Shown here: one piece after another, positions 59,088 through 64,000 of the stretch
How positions within the stretch are numbered: position 1 is the first letter of the stretch
How the letters are laid out: every line of letters starts with the position of its first letter
DNA from: an uncultured archaeon
Lineage (GTDB): Archaea; Thermoproteota; Nitrososphaeria; Nitrososphaerales; Gagatemarchaeaceae
DNA length: 64,000 bases
Reading direction: 5' to 3'
NCBI GenBank assembly: GCA_963817525.1
Contig: CAWFOU010000008.1
Location: 1 to 64,000 of the forward strand
Position numbers and translations under genes: made by a program
Notes under the pieces: model-generated
Told to the model about the DNA's origin: nothing
The model's input: the letters and a program-made list of their open reading frames with translations, nothing else
Databases searched by the model: none

Positions 59088-59859
59088 GCTTTCTCCTCCA
59101 GACACCGAATAATAAACCAGCAAGCCCTGCGCCGACCAGTGGACCTATCAGATAGATCAGCAGGTTCCCGAGATATCCCGAGGACAACGCAGGACCTAGG
59201 CTTCTGGCGGGATTGAAAGAGGCCCCCGTGAGCGGACCGATCGCAAGGATCAGGACGAACAGCGTCGCGCCCACCAGGAGAGCCTGGGCCGCGGCCCTCT
59301 TGAGGAAGTGCGAGGCGGTGAGAGCGGCGGCCGCGAGGACGAAGGTGCCCGCCACTTCGAGGGAGACGCCTTCGGCCTGGGAGATCCCGAACCCGAGCTT
59401 CGTCGACCCCAGGGACGCGTTGGATGCCATGCCGCTGAAGATCGCCTTGAGGGTAAGGCCTGCCGAGAGCGCGCCGAGAAGCTGGAAGAAGACGTAGGGG
59501 AAGACAAGCTCCTTCTTGAGCTTCCCCGAGAGTGCGCTCGCGAATGTTATCGCCGGATTGATGTGCGCGCCGGAGTGCTTCCCTATGAGGAGGATCATCG
59601 CGCCAACGGTAAGACCGAAGACCAGGGCGACCGTCGCCAGTTGCTCGAACGACGAGAGGTGAGGAACCAAGGGAACGAGCACGACCGAACCGGCGCCGAA
59701 GAATACGAGGAGATAGGTTCCCAGCATCTCGGACAGGCAGCGTCGGCGAAAGTCCGACACCGCCAGCGGGGCTCCCTTCCCTAGCGAAGGGTTCAGGCTC
59801 GGCCCTGCCCCTGAACGGTCGGCGGGGGGCGGATGCAGCAACGACACGTGCGACAACAA
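59074..59859 (-). CDS. MIP/aquaporin channel (true start probably near 59760)
   Basis: SGAHINPA and GASFNPARS. Confidence 0.92.
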   Translation of the reverse strand: MLSHVSLLHPPPADRSGAGPSLNPSLGKGAPLAVSDFRRRCLSEMLGTYLLVFFGAGSVVLVPLVPHLSSFEQLATVALVFGLTVGAMILLIGKHSGAHINPAITFASALSGKLKKELVFPYVFFQLLGALSAGLTLKAIFSGMASNASLGSTKLGFGISQAEGVSLEVAGTFVLAAAALTASHFLKRAAAQALLVGATLFVLILAIGPLTGASFNPARSLGPALSSGYLGNLLIYLIGPLVGAGLAGLLFGVWRRKHAKV

Positions 59860-59901
59860 GACTCCGTCACTATACCCTCATGGATCGGCGGCTCTGGGTA
59901 G

Positions 59902-60135
59902 TTATCGGCCGCATTCGCCGAGGTATCCGCCGTCCGCCTTCCTCACGAGCCCGTGCACCACCAGCCTCCGGACGATCCTGGACACTATCTCCTGGTGGAG
60001 GGAGGTGGCCTCCTTGAGCCTGCCGAACGAGACCGGCTCACTAGAACTGCAGATCACGTTGCAGACCGTGGACTCGCGATCCGTGAGCTGGACGCAGTCC
60101 GCCTTCATGCAATCGTCGACGCAGCAGGCCATCAT
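59902..60135 (-). CDS. Small winged-helix protein with N-terminal Cys cluster
   Basis: MACCVDDC..., SFGRLKEATSLHQEIVSRIVRRLVVHGLV. Confidence 0.65.
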   Translation of the reverse strand: MMACCVDDCMKADCVQLTDRESTVCNVICSSSEPVSFGRLKEATSLHQEIVSRIVRRLVVHGLVRKADGGYLGECGR

Positions 60136-60218
60136 GTGCGATTAACGGATGGTCTCTTCGACCTATTTATTGACTGCCCAAAGGTTGCCGTTCTTATAGT
60201 CCGTCAGGCTATCGGCAT

Positions 60219-61403
60219 ATGGCCGAAGATAAAGGCGGCGCGGACTCGGTAAGGCTCACCTGGCCTCCGCTGGAAGAAGACCTGAGGAGGCTCTACGTTG
60301 TGGAGAAACTTTCCGCTTCGAAGATCGCAAAGGCGTATGGACTTCAGTATGCTAGCGAAAAGACCGCGGAGTCGACGATCCTCCACCATCTCAAGAAAAA
60401 CGGGATAGCCAGACGAGACGCGGCAGCGCACATCAGGAAGGTTACCCAGAAGATGGCGGACGAGTGGGTCGTCAGGTATCAGAAGGGCGAGTCGCTGAAA
60501 CAGATTGCGGGGGATGCGGTCGACGCGGTCACGGTCTTCAACCATCTCCACAAGCGGGGCCTAAGCCTCAGGGACAAGGTCGAGGCGCAGATCAAGGCCG
60601 TAACGATTCACGACAAGAAGCCGTTCCAAGGGAGTCCGGCGGATCGGGCGTATCTCGCAGGAATCACGAGGGGAGATTTCTGGGCGGGACGACACGGACG
60701 TGCAGTTCGAGTTAGGCTAGGCACAACTCATCCGGACATGGCCGCCCTGTTTCGTCTGCTATTTGGGTGGCACGGTCCGATTTACGAATATCCAAAGCCC
60801 GCCGCGCTAACGGAATACGAATGGATACTAGATTGCGATCTTGACTCAAGTTTTGAGTTTCTGATACAATCCAAGGCTGACGTATCCGAGATCATTCGCA
60901 GTTCTGACCTATTCATGAGCTTCCTCGCGGGCTTCTTCGACGCCGAGGGCACGGTCTACTTCCACAAGAAACGTAGCGGCGGTGCGTTTGAACTGGCCAT
61001 GGCAAATACGGACGAAGGACTCCTCCGCGACATTAGAGACGAACTGGCGCGACGTGGATTCGCGGTCAAGCTCGAGCGAACTAAACAATATCGAGCCGAA
61101 GCCGTCAGGCGCGGAATAAAGAACCCCGGCGAGTTCATTTGGCGGATATTAGTTTGGCGATTTGAGGACGTTCGCAGGTTGATGACGGCGATGCCAATTA
61201 GACACGCGGAGAGGACGGCCAAGTTTGCGATTGCGCTCAAGCTCGGCTACAGACCAAGGCACGAGGATCGTGAGAGAGTATTGATTGAATGGAGGTCCCT
61301 AAGGACCTCGATTAGAACTAGCCGCGACGCCTACGTCGCCCAAGCGAAGGCAATTTGCAGCTCCAAAGAACGAAGTAAGTTTAAAACATACTCAGTTCAG
61401 TAA
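60219..61403 (+). CDS. Free-standing LAGLIDADG-family endonuclease with N-terminal HTH repeats
   Basis: YLAGITRGD and FLAGFFDAEG; KLSASKIAK and GESLKQIA HTH-like segments; no intein splice motifs. Confidence 0.8.
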   Translation: MAEDKGGADSVRLTWPPLEEDLRRLYVVEKLSASKIAKAYGLQYASEKTAESTILHHLKKNGIARRDAAAHIRKVTQKMADEWVVRYQKGESLKQIAGDAVDAVTVFNHLHKRGLSLRDKVEAQIKAVTIHDKKPFQGSPADRAYLAGITRGDFWAGRHGRAVRVRLGTTHPDMAALFRLLFGWHGPIYEYPKPAALTEYEWILDCDLDSSFEFLIQSKADVSEIIRSSDLFMSFLAGFFDAEGTVYFHKKRSGGAFELAMANTDEGLLRDIRDELARRGFAVKLERTKQYRAEAVRRGIKNPGEFIWRILVWRFEDVRRLMTAMPIRHAERTAKFAIALKLGYRPRHEDRERVLIEWRSLRTSIRTSRDAYVAQAKAICSSKERSKFKTYSVQ

Positions 61404-61422
61404 ATAGAGTCTGAAACAAGCT

Positions 61423-62544
61423 CTAATGGTCTGCCTCGACCGGCCAATAATTCAATCCCCAGTACACTGGTGGGATGTCTGCGACGTGTATCCCCCTGAG
61501 CAGGTGGGGCATCACCCGCATGTTTTTGAAGCTCGGGACGCCGAGCTTGAGCCTGTAGGGCCGGGGGCTCCCATCGCTGACGATGAAGTAGCTCATCTCG
61601 CCGTGCGCGGCCTCCGTCCTCGCGTAGACCTCGCCTGGGGGGACGCGCGGCGCGGGGCCGAGCTTGAGCCTGACAGGGCCCGGCGGGATGTTCTTGAAGG
61701 CCTGCCTGAGGATCTTGACCGATTCCCTCATCTCGTGGAGGGCGACGTAGGCCCTCGCCCAGCAGTCGCCCTCGTTCTGCGAGGCGACCGAGAAGTCGAA
61801 CTCGGGGTAGGCGCCGTAGGGCTCGGCCCTCCTGATGTCGTGCGCCACCCCTGACGCCCTCAGGACGGTGCCCGTCGCGCCAAGCCTGATGGCGTCCTCC
61901 TTGGTCAGCACGCCGACGCCCTTCGACCTCTCCTCCCAGAGGGGGTTCTTGAAGAATATCTTCTCGTACTCGTCCATCCTCTTCTCGAACCAGTCGAGCG
62001 TCTCGAATGCCTGGGTCGTGAGGCCCTCGGGCATGTCGTTCCTCACCCCCCCGGGTATGATGTACGCGAAGGTGACCCGGGCGCCCCCGATCCTGGCTGC
62101 GATGTCGATGAAGAGGTCCCTGTCTCCCATGCACCATGTGATCATGGTGGTCTGCCCCACGAAGAGGCCGAGGATGCCCAGGTAGTACTCGTGGGAGATT
62201 ATCCTGTTGAGCTCCGCCATTATGACCCGGAGGTACTCGGCCCTGGGCGGGATCTTGTTGTTCATGAGCTGGTCGACCGCGAGGGAGTAGGCGAAGAGTA
62301 TCCCGGAGCTGTCGAGGATGACTGGCCTCTCGAGGTGGGGGACGTTCTGGATGTAGTTCCTGTACTCGCACATCTTCTCCTCGCCCCTGTGCACGTAGCC
62401 GGGGTCGGGGTCCGCCCTGACCACATAGTCCCCGTCGAGCCAAAGGCGGATGCGAAAGTGGCCGGCCCCCGGGTGCTGTGGCCCGAGCGAGACGGCCATG
62501 ATCTTGTCCGAGTCCGGCGAGTACTCGAAGGCTGCGGATGCCAT
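61423..62544 (-). CDS. nuoD: Complex I subunit D
   Basis: GPQHPGAGH, GYVHRGEEK, AELNRIISH, PGGVRND. Confidence 0.95.
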   Translation of the reverse strand: MASAAFEYSPDSDKIMAVSLGPQHPGAGHFRIRLWLDGDYVVRADPDPGYVHRGEEKMCEYRNYIQNVPHLERPVILDSSGILFAYSLAVDQLMNNKIPPRAEYLRVIMAELNRIISHEYYLGILGLFVGQTTMITWCMGDRDLFIDIAARIGGARVTFAYIIPGGVRNDMPEGLTTQAFETLDWFEKRMDEYEKIFFKNPLWEERSKGVGVLTKEDAIRLGATGTVLRASGVAHDIRRAEPYGAYPEFDFSVASQNEGDCWARAYVALHEMRESVKILRQAFKNIPPGPVRLKLGPAPRVPPGEVYARTEAAHGEMSYFIVSDGSPRPYRLKLGVPSFKNMRVMPHLLRGIHVADIPPVYWGLNYWPVEADH

Positions 62545-62547
62545 TGC

Positions 62548-63138
62548 CTATCGCCCCGGCGAGACGTAGTCCTTCCTCAGCGGCGGGATGTCGTTCCAGT
62601 CCTCGGGGAGGAGCAGGCGCCTCAGGTCTGGGTGCCCCTCGAAGACTATCCCCAGCATCTCGAAGGTCTCCCTCTCGTGGTACTCGGCGCCGGTCCAGAC
62701 GCCGACGAGCGACGGGGCCTTTGGGGAGTCCTCCCTGGGCAGCCGCTCCGCGAGCTGGACGACCAGGTCCTGCTGCCCGGGGACCGAGAGAGAGCCCACG
62801 AAGTAGATGACCTCGAACTCCTTCAGCGCGATGTAGTCCGTCCCGCCCACCACGTTGAGGTGGTCGAACCCCAGCCCGTCCCGCACGTAGATGGCGACGT
62901 CCTTGATCTGGGCGGGAGAGGCGGTGACCTTCACCCTGTGCGGCTTGACATAGTCCACCTTCGTGGATGGGAACTTCGCGACTATCTTGTCGGCGAGCGA
63001 CTTGGTCCTGGACGTGTCAGGAGGAGCGGGGGCGGGCGCTGGAGCCGCAGGGGGAGCCGGGGCTGGGGCGGCGGCGGGAGGCTGAGGGGGAGCGGGGGGC
63101 GGGGCGCTGGCGTTCTGGGCGGGTTGGGCTGGTTGCAC
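62548..63138 (-). CDS. nuoC: Complex I subunit C with Pro/Ala-rich N-terminus
   Basis: ERETFEMLGIVFEGHPDLRRLLLPEDW..PPLRKDY. Confidence 0.93.
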   Translation of the reverse strand: MQPAQPAQNASAPPPAPPQPPAAAPAPAPPAAPAPAPAPPDTSRTKSLADKIVAKFPSTKVDYVKPHRVKVTASPAQIKDVAIYVRDGLGFDHLNVVGGTDYIALKEFEVIYFVGSLSVPGQQDLVVQLAERLPREDSPKAPSLVGVWTGAEYHERETFEMLGIVFEGHPDLRRLLLPEDWNDIPPLRKDYVSPGR

Positions 63139-63174
63139 TCACAATTCCTCTCGTTCGTTGGGACGCGGGTCTCT

Positions 63175-64000
63175 CTACGTCCCGCGCAGGCTGTTCGAGT
63201 GCCTGATCTTCTCTTGGAGGAGGCCGACGCCCTGCATGAGCGCCTCTGCGCGCGGCGGGCACCCGGGCACGTAGACGTCCACTGGGATGATGTCGTCGAT
63301 CCCCCTGAGGACGTTGTATGAATCGAAATACAGGCCGCCGGTGATGGAGCAGTTGTGGACGAGCTGCCCGTTTGCGAAGAAGTTGTGGTACCCCGCGACC
63401 TCGATGTCGTAGACGGCATCGCTCCCTCTCGGAATGACAGAGGTGACGCGCTGCAGGCTGATTCCCGCATGGTTTGTCCTGAGCATTCCTTTGCCTTCGA
63501 ATGATCGCGAACCCGTTTTTACCCTGGTTCGATAGTCGGACCGGTATAGAGGCAATTTAGCAATCACCGACATGGGGAAACTTATGATGTATTCAGTGGT
63601 CTTCAATTGTCTTCCCTCGAGGCAATTCTCCTTTTCCTTCACGAAGACTCCCCCGACATGTATACCTCGATAGTGACATAGCTGGACGACATCCATCATC
63701 AAGTCCTTGTTCGCCGAGGAGAGTTGCCCGAAACCCTCCTTCTGTACGTAGCCATCCGACTCAATCAATCCAGCCAAGAAACTGAGAACGGAAGATATGG
63801 GCAACGTGTAGACCCAGGATGGGATTCTCTTGGTGTGGACGTCTCCCACGAGTCCGAGCGATTCGAACATCCCTGCGACGGTGCTTGACCAAATCATTAC
63901 CTGCCTGCCCTCGTGAGGTTTGAATCCGAAGAGTTCAGTGACGAGCCTCACCAGCTTGTCCCTGGAGAGGTCTCCTTTCATCAAGGAGAATCCTACGCAG
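63175..64000 (-). CDS. nuoB: Complex I subunit B, 3' part, interrupted by an intein (runs off the window)
   Basis: C-extein [38 protein letters not shown]. Confidence 0.92.
   Translation of the reverse strand, partial: CVGFSLMKGDLSRDKLVRLVTELFGFKPHEGRQVMIWSSTVAGMFESLGLVGDVHTKRIPSWVYTLPISSVLSFLAGLIESDGYVQKEGFGQLSSANKDLMMDVVQLCHYRGIHVGGVFVKEKENCLEGRQLKTTEYIISFPMSVIAKLPLYRSDYRTRVKTGSRSFEGKGMLRTNHAGISLQRVTSVIPRGSDAVYDIEVAGYHNFFANGQLVHNCSITGGLYFDSYNVLRGIDDIIPVDVYVPGCPPRAEALMQGVGLLQEKIRHSNSLRGT
63352..64000 (-). mobile_element. Intein (C-terminal part) with LAGLIDADG endonuclease in nuoB
   Basis: [10 protein letters not shown]; [21 protein letters not shown] followed by C; lower GC. Confidence 0.93.

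Noticed and set aside
60219-61403. Intein or intron-encoded ORF
   Set aside because: No splice-junction motifs and no interrupted host gene
63020-63135. G-rich low-complexity tract as a regulatory or G-quadruplex element
   Set aside because: Explained by the Pro/Ala-rich N-terminal linker of NuoC on the minus strand

Overview
Archaeal chromosome segment, probably a high-GC, non-ammonia-oxidising Nitrososphaerota/TACK lineage (inferred from an ESCRT-III/CdvB paralog, a Nitrososphaera-type sensor domain, archaeal lipid genes and an intron-containing tRNA). Bases 1 to ~23.8 kb form a more AT-rich integrative island anchored at tRNA-Glu(TTC) by a tyrosine integrase. It carries a DUF4209/HEPN-like gene between direct repeats, a frameshift-riddled type I R-M locus, a GT4/radical-SAM/epimerase/WG-repeat operon, an IS110-family element with inverted repeats and a candidate bridge RNA, an ArdC-like pseudogene, about 2.3 kb of non-coding repeat arrays and an MNT-HEPN pair. 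From 24 to 64 kb is core genome. It holds a split complex I-like operon (nuoBCD ... nuoHIJK-M-L-M-N) with two NuoM copies and inteins in both Fe-S subunits (NuoB, NuoI). Between the halves is a RuBisCO with all catalytic motifs intact, clustered with transketolase, transaldolase, Rpe, a divergent HldE/PfkB-type kinase, PRPP synthase, ribose-1,5-bisphosphate isomerase and an unannotated Cys-rich 56-aa ORF. No phosphoribulokinase or AMP phosphorylase is present in the window, so this is a candidate new route to RuBP and possibly a PRK-independent Calvin-like cycle. All calls come from reading motifs; no database searches were run.
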